Source of the DNA: Chloroflexota bacterium
GTDB taxonomy: Bacteria; Chloroflexota; Dehalococcoidia; JACPQD01
Direction of reading: 5' to 3'
NCBI GenBank assembly: GCA_016190665.1
Contig: JACPQD010000022.1
Location: forward strand, 20,296-84,295
DNA length: 64,000 nt
Below are positions 54,881-63,438 of this stretch, piece after piece (within the stretch, counting starts at the first letter, position 1; each line of letters starts with the position of its first letter). Below the pieces are notes generated by a model. The model worked only from the letters and a program-made list of their open reading frames with translations, was not told the origin of the DNA and searched no databases. The position numbers and the translations under genes were made by a program.

Positions 54881-55726
54881 ATGAAGGATGAGGTACGCGT
54901 TGCAGCAGCGCAGATGGATATCAAGCGCGACGTCAAGGTCAACCTTGAGCGCATGCGAAGGCTTGTTGGCCGGATAGCCGCGGAGGGCCCCGTCGACCTC
55001 GTGGTTTTTCCAGAACTGGCCAACTGCGGCTACGTCAAGGCGCTGGACCGCAACTTCGGGCGGGAATACTTCAAGATGGCGGAGAAGGTCCCCGGCGTCT
55101 TCACCGAGGGACTCGGCGAAATTGCCAGGGAATACCGCATATTCATCGTCTCCGGCATGCTGGAGGAGCATCCTCGGGTGCCGGCTTCGGTCTACAACTC
55201 AGGCGTCCTCATCGGGCCCGGGGGCGATGTTCTTGGGGTGCACCACAAAATGCACCTCCCCGATGAGGAGAAACACTATTTCTACCCGGGCAACACCTTT
55301 AAGGTAGTGGACACCGAGCTAGGCAAGATTGGCTTCCAGGTGTGCGCTGACGCCTCATACCCCGAGGTGAGCCGCGTCCTGGCCCTCATGGGCGCCGAGA
55401 TCGTCTGTACAGTGCATAACGGGCCGCGGAGGAAGCCGGGTACGGGGCTGCATTACCGTGGTCGGCCCGCCTGCCGCGCCTTGGAGAACGGTGTGTACTA
55501 CATCGCCTGCAATCGGGTGGGGACGGAGGAGGATGAGATCAGCTATCTGGGCGCCAGCTCCATCGCCGCCCCCGACGGGCAACTCATCGCTCGCGCCCCG
55601 GTGGATGTCGAGCACGTCATGCGGGCCACCCTGCGCGCCGAAGTTCTGGAACAGGAGCGGGCGCGACGCCCGCTGCTCTCCGGAAGAAGGCCAGAGCTTT
55701 ACGGAGCAATAGCGGAGAAGTACTAG
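54881..55726 (+). CDS. Carbon-nitrogen hydrolase (nitrilase superfamily; N-carbamoyl-amino-acid amidohydrolase-like)
   Basis: 281 aa. Intact triad contexts VVFPELANCG (Glu), HHKMHLP (Lys), FQVCADASYPE (Cys). Confidence 0.85.
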   Translation: MKDEVRVAAAQMDIKRDVKVNLERMRRLVGRIAAEGPVDLVVFPELANCGYVKALDRNFGREYFKMAEKVPGVFTEGLGEIAREYRIFIVSGMLEEHPRVPASVYNSGVLIGPGGDVLGVHHKMHLPDEEKHYFYPGNTFKVVDTELGKIGFQVCADASYPEVSRVLALMGAEIVCTVHNGPRRKPGTGLHYRGRPACRALENGVYYIACNRVGTEEDEISYLGASSIAAPDGQLIARAPVDVEHVMRATLRAEVLEQERARRPLLSGRRPELYGAIAEKY

Positions 55727-55886
55727 CTTAGCGGTAGGGCGGAGGTTCGTGCGCCGCCGCCAGGCGCTAGTATCTGGTGTCGGACATGTCGGACACGTCG
55801 GACGTGTCGGAGGCTGGTCCCCCCCCCCGCCCCAGCAGGGAACGAGCCCCTGCACGATTGACTAGGTCAAGTCGGAGGTTCAGCCG

Positions 55887-56726
55887 ATGAAAGAAATGGT
55901 GAACGTGGCGCTGTTCCAAACAGATGTCGAACCGCTGAACGTTCAGGCCAATCTGGAGAAGATTGAGGCGCGCGTGGCGGGGATAATGGACAGCCCGGTC
56001 GATCTGGTGGTCTTCCCCGCCCTCGCCAACTCAGGACACCCCGGCGATGCCAGCAAATCCTCCTTTGCCATGGCGGCGGAGCCGGTGGACGGCGCCTTCG
56101 TCACCGGGCTCAGGGAGATTGCCAGGAGATACAAGGTGCACCTTGTCGCCGGTTTCCTTGAGCAGAACCCCAGCAACTGCCGCAGGCCTTTCAATTCCGC
56201 CGCGCTCGTAGATCCCCGGGGCGGGCTTGTAGGAATTCAGCGACAGGTGCACGCCGTCGGCGAAGACAGAGGAGTCTTCAGCCGCGGCGATAACATCGGC
56301 GTCTTTCCCACGGAGCTGGGCAACATCGCCCTGGTTGTCGGCACTGACCTGGAGTATCCCGAGTTCCTGCGCGTGCAGACGCTGCGCGGCGCGGAGATAG
56401 GATGCTGCCTTCTTGGCGTGAGTCGGCAGGTCGCCGACCCCGCCGGATGGCTCGCCCTCATCGGCATATGCCGGGCGATGGAGGACAAGGTCTACGCGCT
56501 CTTGTGCAACCGCGTTGGCCATCGCGGGAGCGAAGCCTTCTGGGGCGCGAGTTGCATCGTTGACCCGGCGGGCGGCATTGTTGCCCAGGCCGCCCTGTCC
56601 GCCGAGGACGTGGTACGCGCGGAGATGTCCCGGGATTTCTTCGTCGAGGAGAGGTTCGCCAAGCCCAACTTCCGCGACCGCCGCCCGGAGAATTACGGGC
56701 TCATCTGTAAGAAACGTAGGGCATAG
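55887..56726 (+). CDS. Carbon-nitrogen hydrolase paralogue lacking all three catalytic residues
   Basis: 279 aa, colinear with the upstream paralogue. It reads VVFPALANSG (Glu to Ala), QRQVHA (Lys to Gln), LVVGTDLEYPE (Cys to Gly). Confidence 0.8.
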   Translation: MKEMVNVALFQTDVEPLNVQANLEKIEARVAGIMDSPVDLVVFPALANSGHPGDASKSSFAMAAEPVDGAFVTGLREIARRYKVHLVAGFLEQNPSNCRRPFNSAALVDPRGGLVGIQRQVHAVGEDRGVFSRGDNIGVFPTELGNIALVVGTDLEYPEFLRVQTLRGAEIGCCLLGVSRQVADPAGWLALIGICRAMEDKVYALLCNRVGHRGSEAFWGASCIVDPAGGIVAQAALSAEDVVRAEMSRDFFVEERFAKPNFRDRRPENYGLICKKRRA

Positions 56727-56788
56727 GTGCTATGCCCCGGTTCAGGGCGGTGCACCGTGCCTGCTAGGTAAGAACCCAGGAGGTCAGC

Positions 56789-58225
56789 ATGGCGTCATTG
56801 GTCATCAAGAATGGACGTATCGTCACGCCCTCCGGCGTCATCTATGGCGGCCTGGCCGCGGATGGCGAAAAGATCATTCACGTTGGCAGTAATGCCAGCC
56901 TACCGCCAGGAAACAAGACCATAGACGCTCAGAACAACTTCGTCATCCCCGGACTTATCGATCCCCACGTCCACCTGGCCCCGGGCCGGTCCGGCTCCAT
57001 CGAGGAGAGCCTTCGCGCCCAGTTTCTCACGGAGACGGAGGGCGCGCTACACGGCGGGGTCACGACCCTCGGTCAGTTCGTCTGGAACGCCCGCGGCAAG
57101 CCGGTAGTCCCTGTCATCGAGATGGCGCAACGGGTCGGGGAAAGCGCTTCCTACATCGACTTTATGTTCCACGCCGGCATCGGTGATGAGGACCACGTGG
57201 CCGAGCAGGCGGAGCTTTTCCGGCGCGGTGTGACCTCCTTCAAGCATCTGTTCAACCCTCCCGCAGGCTGGCGCGAACCGGGAGCGGCGGTGGCCTACTG
57301 CCACGAAGGCGTGCTCTACCGCTCCCTGGACAACATCGCTCGACTGGGCTCTCCGGCCATCGGCATGGCCCACTGCGAGGAGCAGAGGGTCATTAACGTG
57401 CTCATCGACAAGCTGAAGGCCGAGGGTCGCAACGATCTGGCGGCCTGGACCGAGGCGCGGCCCTCCTGGGTCGAGGTCATGAGGATGCAGCAGGCCTTCG
57501 AGATCTCTAGAGCCACGGGCGGACCGCTCTACGTTGTACATATCTCCTCCGCCGAGGGGACAGACCTGGTGGGTAAATGGCGGAGTGAGGGCCATAACGT
57601 GTATGGGGAGACCCTGGTCGGCTTTCTCACTCACACTGCCGATATGGAGGAGCAGCTTGGCTGCTGGGCCAGAATCAACCCATCCCTCAAATATGGCCGT
57701 GACAGCGACCGGCTGTGGCGGGGCATCCGGGAGGGCAGCATCAGCACCGTGGGCACTGACCACCATTCCCTGCCTCGAGAAGAGAAGGAGGGCGGCGGGG
57801 GCAAGCACAACAACATCTGGAGGGCCGCCAGCGGTTGGTGTGGGGGCATGGAGCACCTGCTGCCCGTCATGATGACCTTCGGGGTGAACGCGGGGCGCAT
57901 CAGTATCGAGGACCTGGCGCGCGTCTGCTCCACCAACGCTGCGCGCATCTTTGGCCTGTATCCCCGGAAGGGCGTCCTCTCCCCTGGCTCTGACGCAGAC
58001 CTCGTCCTGGTCGATCCAGAGAAGGAGGCAGTGGTGGACGACAAGTTCTATCACTGCCGCTGCGAGTACAGCATCTACGGCGGCTGGAAGCTGAAGGGCT
58101 TCGCCCGCACGACCATCATCCGTGGCGAGGTCCTTATGGAGGACTACCGGACGGTTGGCCGGCCAGGGTACGGCCGATATCTCCCACGAAGCTTTCCGCT
58201 TTCAGCAGTACACCGTCTTGGCTGA
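56789..58225 (+). CDS. Dihydropyrimidinase / hydantoinase-type cyclic amidohydrolase
   Basis: 478 aa. VIKNGRIVTP start, GLIDPHVHL metal motif, VTSFKHLF (carbamylated-Lys context). Confidence 0.85.
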   Translation: MASLVIKNGRIVTPSGVIYGGLAADGEKIIHVGSNASLPPGNKTIDAQNNFVIPGLIDPHVHLAPGRSGSIEESLRAQFLTETEGALHGGVTTLGQFVWNARGKPVVPVIEMAQRVGESASYIDFMFHAGIGDEDHVAEQAELFRRGVTSFKHLFNPPAGWREPGAAVAYCHEGVLYRSLDNIARLGSPAIGMAHCEEQRVINVLIDKLKAEGRNDLAAWTEARPSWVEVMRMQQAFEISRATGGPLYVVHISSAEGTDLVGKWRSEGHNVYGETLVGFLTHTADMEEQLGCWARINPSLKYGRDSDRLWRGIREGSISTVGTDHHSLPREEKEGGGGKHNNIWRAASGWCGGMEHLLPVMMTFGVNAGRISIEDLARVCSTNAARIFGLYPRKGVLSPGSDADLVLVDPEKEAVVDDKFYHCRCEYSIYGGWKLKGFARTTIIRGEVLMEDYRTVGRPGYGRYLPRSFPLSAVHRLG

Positions 58226-58417
58226 TCGCTGACCGCTGTTAGCCATAGTGAGTACATAGACCTCGCAACCTGTTCTTAATTAATGGGTGATAATTCTGAG
58301 GATTTAGGGTAGTCCACCCATTGACAACGAGCCCCTATCAGCCACATAGTGTTAGTATAGTCTGGGGGAAGGCCGGCATCAGTTGGATGCCGTAACCGGC
58401 AGAGGAGGAGGTCAATC

Positions 58418-59752
58418 ATGAAACGGAAGGCTTTAGTGGCGCTCAGTATTGTGGGCGTCCTGGCGCTTGTGGCAAGTGTTTTCCCCTTTGCGTTTGGGGG
58501 AGGCGCCAGCGCGGCGGGACCGGAGCGTTTTCTCATTTTCACCAGTGGGGACCCGCCGGTCAATGAGCGCGCCCGGCAGGCCCTGGAGCAACGCGGGGGG
58601 CGCACCCTCAGCGTTATGCACATCACCCCGGGTCTGGACCTTATCGATGTGCTTGTTCCGGCGCCTCCGGGCGAGCTTCTGAGCCAGATAGCTCGGATCC
58701 CCGGGGTGCTGGAAGTCTCGCCGGACCAGCCTCCGGAGCTTCTGGACGACCCCGAGCTGCGATGGGGAGTGGACCGTGTCGACGCTGATCTGGTTTGGTC
58801 TTCCGGCGGCGCTGGCCAGGCGGGAATAGGCTCTCCCTCGCCCCGGGAAGGCAGTGTTACCGGAGGGCTGACCGGTGCCGGGGTCACCATAGCCATCGTG
58901 GATTCGGGTATCGACCTGGACCACCCTGATTTGAGCCCCAATCTTGCCACCAGCGGCAACGCCAACTGTATCGATACCGCCGACGACACCTGCTCAACAG
59001 CTCTGCTCGCTGATGATGGCTACGGCCACGGCTCCCACGTGGCGGGCATCGCGGCGGCGGCTGATAATGCGATTGGCGTGATTGGCGTCGCCCCCGGCGC
59101 CACTCTGTTGTCAGTGAAAATATTCGACAACAGCGGCAGCAGCTCCTTCGCGTCCGTAGTGAATGGGATCCGCTATGTCGCGGGCAGGGATAGCGCCGGT
59201 AACGTCGTCAGTCCCCGCCGCGCCGACGTCATGAATATGAGTTTCGGCTGGAGCAAGAGCCTGTCGAAGCAATGCCCTAGCTGCGTCACCACCCTGCAAA
59301 CGATCATCAACGAAGCGTGGGCCGCGGGGGTGGTCCCGGTGGCGGCGGCCGGAAACTCCGGAAACAAGCAAGGCTCCGGCGATAACGTGGGGTATCCGGC
59401 GCGACTCACTAACGTTCTCGCCGTGGCTGCCACGGACAGCGCCGACAAACGCGCCAGCTTCTCCAGCACCGGCTCAACCGTGGACATAGCGGCGCCGGGT
59501 GTGAGCATCTACTCCACGTATAAAGATGGCGCCTACGCCACGTTGAGCGGCACGTCCATGGCCTCCCCGCATGTGGCGGGGGCGGCGGCGCTGGTCATCG
59601 AGGCCGCAGGCGCCGGGTGGACCCCAGGCGGCGTGGTCAGCGCGTTGACCGGCACGGCTGACGATCTTGGGTCGGGAGGTTTCGACACGAAGTACGGCTG
59701 GGGGTTGCTGGACGCCCAGCAGGCGGCCACGGGAGTGGCGACAACGCCATAG
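58418..59752 (+). CDS. Secreted S8 subtilisin-family serine peptidase
   Basis: 444 aa. Signal peptide. Asp (IAIVDSGID), His (GHGSHVAG), Ser (GTSMASPHVAG) triad motifs. Confidence 0.9.
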   Translation: MKRKALVALSIVGVLALVASVFPFAFGGGASAAGPERFLIFTSGDPPVNERARQALEQRGGRTLSVMHITPGLDLIDVLVPAPPGELLSQIARIPGVLEVSPDQPPELLDDPELRWGVDRVDADLVWSSGGAGQAGIGSPSPREGSVTGGLTGAGVTIAIVDSGIDLDHPDLSPNLATSGNANCIDTADDTCSTALLADDGYGHGSHVAGIAAAADNAIGVIGVAPGATLLSVKIFDNSGSSSFASVVNGIRYVAGRDSAGNVVSPRRADVMNMSFGWSKSLSKQCPSCVTTLQTIINEAWAAGVVPVAAAGNSGNKQGSGDNVGYPARLTNVLAVAATDSADKRASFSSTGSTVDIAAPGVSIYSTYKDGAYATLSGTSMASPHVAGAAALVIEAAGAGWTPGGVVSALTGTADDLGSGGFDTKYGWGLLDAQQAATGVATTP

Positions 59753-59771
59753 CTGAGTAATCAGGCACTTT

Positions 59772-59804
59772 AGACCGGCCCGGTCTTGGAGACCGGGCCG
59801 GTCT
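59772..59804. terminator. Perfect 15-bp-stem / 3-nt-loop hairpin, covarying copy of the 1743..1775 hairpin
   Basis: AGACCGGCCCGGTCT-TGG-AGACCGGGCCGGTCT, 20 nt after the peptidase stop. Followed by a moderately T-rich stretch. Confidence 0.5.
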
Positions 59805-59825
59805 TATCATTTGTCTGCGCTTTTT

Positions 59826-60121
59826 GGACCGACTCGGTCTCTATGTCTCTACGAAATCAGTGTGCCAATCGCCGGCGGCCAGATTCTCCTGGTGAACCTT
59901 ATGCTCGCATAGCACACGTTGGCCCTTTCAGTGAGATGCTTCGCTGCCTCTTCGCTTCGCTCAGAGCTTCGGCTCAGCATGACAAGAAGGGAGGCCTCTC
60001 TTTGTCTTTCTGAGGTGCCGCCGAAGAATCTCACTGCCAGTGCTCACGTTTGCTCGGGGCTCGAAGACATAGGCATAATGTCACGTTATTCATTTAGTGA
60101 CCATTAAGACCGAGTCGGTCT
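59826..60121. repeat. Hairpin-family arms separated by a 266-nt foldback insert (MITE-like or structured RNA)
   Basis: GGACCGACTCGGTCT (59826..59840) and AGACCGAGTCGGTCT (60107..60121) match the two arms of the 1743..1775 hairpin. Internal long-range pairings are CTATGTCT/AGACATAG and GTGAGATGCTTCG/CGAAGAATCTCAC. Confidence 0.5.
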
Positions 60122-60126
60122 CTTAT

Positions 60127-61464
60127 CTACTTTCCGATGCAGAACCGGCTGAAGATGGTCTCCAGCAGCTCCTCGGTGACCGTCTCGCCGGTTATCTCCC
60201 CCAGGGAGTTCAGCGCGGCGGTGAGGTCGATGGTGATGAAATCGTCGGCCAGGCCGCTACGGAGGCCGGCCAGCGCCGCATCCAGGTGCAGGAGCGCTCT
60301 CTCCAGCGCGTCCTTGTGCCTGGGGTTGGCCACCAGGGCGGCGTCCGAAGCCTCCACTGCTCCTCCCAGGGCCTTCCCCACCATTTCCGTCTCCAGCTCG
60401 GCAAGCCCCGCGCCGGTCAGCGCCGAGATGCGAAGGACCGGCCAGACGAGGCCGGAGAGGACGGCTCGGGGCGGCAGATCGCACTTGTTGGCCGCGACGA
60501 GGACCGATTTTTCGGGTAGAAGGCGGCATATCTCTTCATCGGCGGAGGTCAGCGGCTCACTGGCGTCGACGACGAAGAGGACGAAGTCGGCCTGTTCGAT
60601 GGCGCGGCGGCTGCGCTCCACGCCCAACTGCTCCACCTGGTCTTCGGTGTGGGCGATGCCCGCGGTATCCACGAGGACAAAGGGGACCCCTTGCAAGTTC
60701 ACCACTTCCTCCAGGGTATCGCGGGTGGTGCCCGGAACGGGCGTCACGATGGCCCGGCTCTCGCGCAGGAGGCGGTTCAGGAGGCTGGACTTGCCCACGT
60801 TGGGCCGCCCCACGATGGCGGTGCGCACCCCCTGGCGGTAGACCATGCCGGCGTCGGCGGTGGCCAGGAGATGCGCCAGGCTCTCCTTCGCCTCCTCCAG
60901 CCCAGGCGCGATGTCGACCTCCTCCACCTCGTCCTCGGGGAAATCGATGCGCGCCGTGAGATAGGCCAGGGCGTCCATGAGCCTGGCGCGAAGGTCTTTC
61001 ACCGGCGCTGAAAGGCGTCCCGCCAGCCCCCCGGCGGCCACGCGAAGACTGGCCGCGGTCTTGGCTTGTATCACATCCAGGACGGCCTCCGCCTGCGCCA
61101 GGTCGATGCGGCCGTTGAGGAAGGCTCTGAGGGTGAACTCTCCGGGATTGGCCAGCCGCGCGCCCTGCCGCAAGGCCAACTCCACCACACGCTGCAGGGA
61201 CAGCGGCCCGCCATGGCAGTTTATCTCCACCACGTCCTCGCGCGTGTAGGTGCGGGGCGCCGCCATGTAGGTCCCCAGCACCTCATCCACTACCTCTCCG
61301 CTGGCCGGGTCGACGACGCGGCCGTAGACGAGCCGCCGGTCAGCCAGGGGACGATCGAAAATCCCCTGCCCGATGGCTTTAGCCTCAGGTCCGCTCAGGC
61401 GCACGATGCCAATGCCGCCCTGGCCTATCGGCGTGGAGATGGCGACGATGGTGTCTTCACACAT
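60127..61464 (-). CDS. mnmE: tRNA modification GTPase MnmE
   Basis: 445 aa. N-terminal DTIVAISTP, G-domain motifs GRPNVGKSSL and DTAG, C-terminal CIGK. Confidence 0.95.
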   Translation of the reverse strand: MCEDTIVAISTPIGQGGIGIVRLSGPEAKAIGQGIFDRPLADRRLVYGRVVDPASGEVVDEVLGTYMAAPRTYTREDVVEINCHGGPLSLQRVVELALRQGARLANPGEFTLRAFLNGRIDLAQAEAVLDVIQAKTAASLRVAAGGLAGRLSAPVKDLRARLMDALAYLTARIDFPEDEVEEVDIAPGLEEAKESLAHLLATADAGMVYRQGVRTAIVGRPNVGKSSLLNRLLRESRAIVTPVPGTTRDTLEEVVNLQGVPFVLVDTAGIAHTEDQVEQLGVERSRRAIEQADFVLFVVDASEPLTSADEEICRLLPEKSVLVAANKCDLPPRAVLSGLVWPVLRISALTGAGLAELETEMVGKALGGAVEASDAALVANPRHKDALERALLHLDAALAGLRSGLADDFITIDLTAALNSLGEITGETVTEELLETIFSRFCIGK

Positions 61465-61566
61465 GATTGTTGATTCTTGACTGCTGATTAGTCTATTGTA
61501 GCACGGTCAGGCTCCCCAGACATGACTGTCGGACCTGTCCGACGGGTCAGACAGGTCCGACAAGTA

Positions 61567-61595
61567 TTGACATGTCTTTGACCAGCAACTATAAT
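61567..61595 (+). promoter_or_regulatory. Perfect-consensus sigma-70 promoter
   Basis: TTGACA (61567..61572), 17-nt spacer, TATAAT (61590..61595). Preceded directly by a 4 x 9-nt GTCNGAC array. Confidence 0.6.
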
Positions 61596-61686
61596 ATCAG
61601 AAGGCAATATCGGTTTGCGTTATCAACGTCGCCCCGCTGGTTCTTGTGTGGCCGGGCGCACGGAGAGGGAAGAAGGACTAGGCGAC

Positions 61687-62064
61687 ATGGCTGGTGAGCT
61701 TCAAGCAGCATCGACCCCGAAGAGGTCAGCCGTCTGCAACACCTGCACGCTCCGGCTGGTGAGGCTCGCCTATCAGCGCGCCCCGTGGTTCCGACTGGTC
61801 CGCGAGCCGTTGCGCCTTGGGATGCGCACGATGGCTTTCTGGCATCGGATCGACCCGGACGACTACGAGGTGCGTACGCCCAGTTGCCAGCGCTGCATGC
61901 GCTTTTACAAGGTCGCCCTCAAGGAGCGTTCCGCGACCTTCCGCCTCCTGAACGCACTCGCAAATCCCCTGTTCGACGCGCTGTTGGAACGCATCGTCTC
62001 TGCTGAGGCGGTGCAGGAGGCCAAGGCCTACGCGCGAACGGCCATGGCGGGAGATAGGTCATAG
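61687..62064 (+). CDS. Hypothetical Cys-rich (CxxC ... CxxC) protein
   Basis: ORF 61615..62064. Start tentatively placed at MAGELQ. CNTC and CQRC pairs suggest a zinc ribbon. No family recognised. Confidence 0.5.
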   Translation: MAGELQAASTPKRSAVCNTCTLRLVRLAYQRAPWFRLVREPLRLGMRTMAFWHRIDPDDYEVRTPSCQRCMRFYKVALKERSATFRLLNALANPLFDALLERIVSAEAVQEAKAYARTAMAGDRS

Positions 62065-62145
62065 GTTATAGGTTGTAGGTTAGAGGTTAGAGGCCATGGC
62101 CGGCGAGGAAGGGCCCCGGCTGACTAGCTCAACGGGAGGGAGAGC

Positions 62146-63339
62146 GTGAGCGAGGTAGAAGGGGACAAGATAGAGAGACCGTCTGGACGGGGGCCGCTTC
62201 GGGAGGTGGCAGGGCTTTTTCTCAAGCTCGGGTTCATAGCCTTCGGGGGACCGGCTGCTCACATCGCCCTCATGCATGAAGAGATCGTGCGCCGCCGAAG
62301 GTGGGTAACCGACCAGCATTTCCTGGACCTCCTCGGCGCAACCAACCTGATACCTGGCCCGAACTCCACCGAGATGGCGATCCATCTCGGCTTTGTCCGC
62401 GCCGGTTGGCGGGGACTCATCGCGGCTGGTACCCTTTTCATCCTGCCAGCGATGTTGATCGTGCTGGCCCTGGCCTGGGTCTACGCCGAGTTTGGTTCCA
62501 CCCCGCAGGCCACCTGGCTCCTCTACGGTATCAAGCCGGTCATCATCGCTATCGTCACCCAGGCGCTCCTCGGGCTGAGAAAAGCTGCAGTGAAAGGACC
62601 GCTCACCGGCGTTGTTGGCGCGGCAGCGCTCGGATTGTACCTGCTGGGTGTGAACGAGCTGGCGCTGCTCTTCGGTGGGGCGCTTCTGGTGATGGCAGCG
62701 CAGAACGGGCGGCGTCTGTGGGCCAAGGGGGTAGCGGCATCGCTTGTCCCGGGCCTTCCGCTTCCTCTGAGCGGCCTGGTGGGAGCGCTGTCCGCTGGAG
62801 CAGCCCCCTTTAGCCTCACGACGCTGTTCCTGATCTTCCTCAAGATCGGCGCCGTCCTCTATGGCAGCGGCTACGTCCTTCTCGCCTTCCTCCGGGGCGA
62901 CTTCGTCGAGCGGCTGGGCTGGCTCACCGACCAGCAGTTGTTGGACGCCATCGCCATTGGCCAGTTCACCCCGGGACCAGTGTTCACCACCGCCACCTTC
63001 ATCGGTTACCTGCTTGGGGGGTTCCCGGGCGCGGTGCTGGCCACCATTGGCATCTTTCTGCCCTCGTTTATCTTCGTTGCCGCTTGTAATCCGTGTATTC
63101 CCATGATCCGCCGATCGCCCTGGGCATCGGGGCTGCTCGACGGCGTGAACGTTGCCGCCCTCGGGCTGATGGCGGCGGTGGCAATAGAGTTGGGGCGGGC
63201 AGCGATCGTGGACGGGCTTACCATTGGCATAGGTCTGGTCGCCGGAATACTCCTCATCCGGTTCAAAGTCAATTCTGTTTGGCTGCTGGCCGGTGGTTCT
63301 GCGGTTGGTGTAGTCTGGCGCGTGCTGTTGCCGGGGTAG
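62146..63339 (+). CDS. chrA: Chromate ion transporter (CHR family)
   Basis: 397 aa, GTG start. GFIAFGGPAAHIALMHEEIVRRRRW and LIPGPNSTE motifs. Duplicated CHR halves. Confidence 0.9.
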   Translation: MSEVEGDKIERPSGRGPLREVAGLFLKLGFIAFGGPAAHIALMHEEIVRRRRWVTDQHFLDLLGATNLIPGPNSTEMAIHLGFVRAGWRGLIAAGTLFILPAMLIVLALAWVYAEFGSTPQATWLLYGIKPVIIAIVTQALLGLRKAAVKGPLTGVVGAAALGLYLLGVNELALLFGGALLVMAAQNGRRLWAKGVAASLVPGLPLPLSGLVGALSAGAAPFSLTTLFLIFLKIGAVLYGSGYVLLAFLRGDFVERLGWLTDQQLLDAIAIGQFTPGPVFTTATFIGYLLGGFPGAVLATIGIFLPSFIFVAACNPCIPMIRRSPWASGLLDGVNVAALGLMAAVAIELGRAAIVDGLTIGIGLVAGILLIRFKVNSVWLLAGGSAVGVVWRVLLPG

Positions 63340-63438
63340 GCTAAGGAACGATCCATTTGGTAGCAATGACAGGACTGGAAAGCTTTACATTTGCGCTGGA
63401 AGCTTAAGCCAATTACAATCAAAGGGAGGACACCTTAA

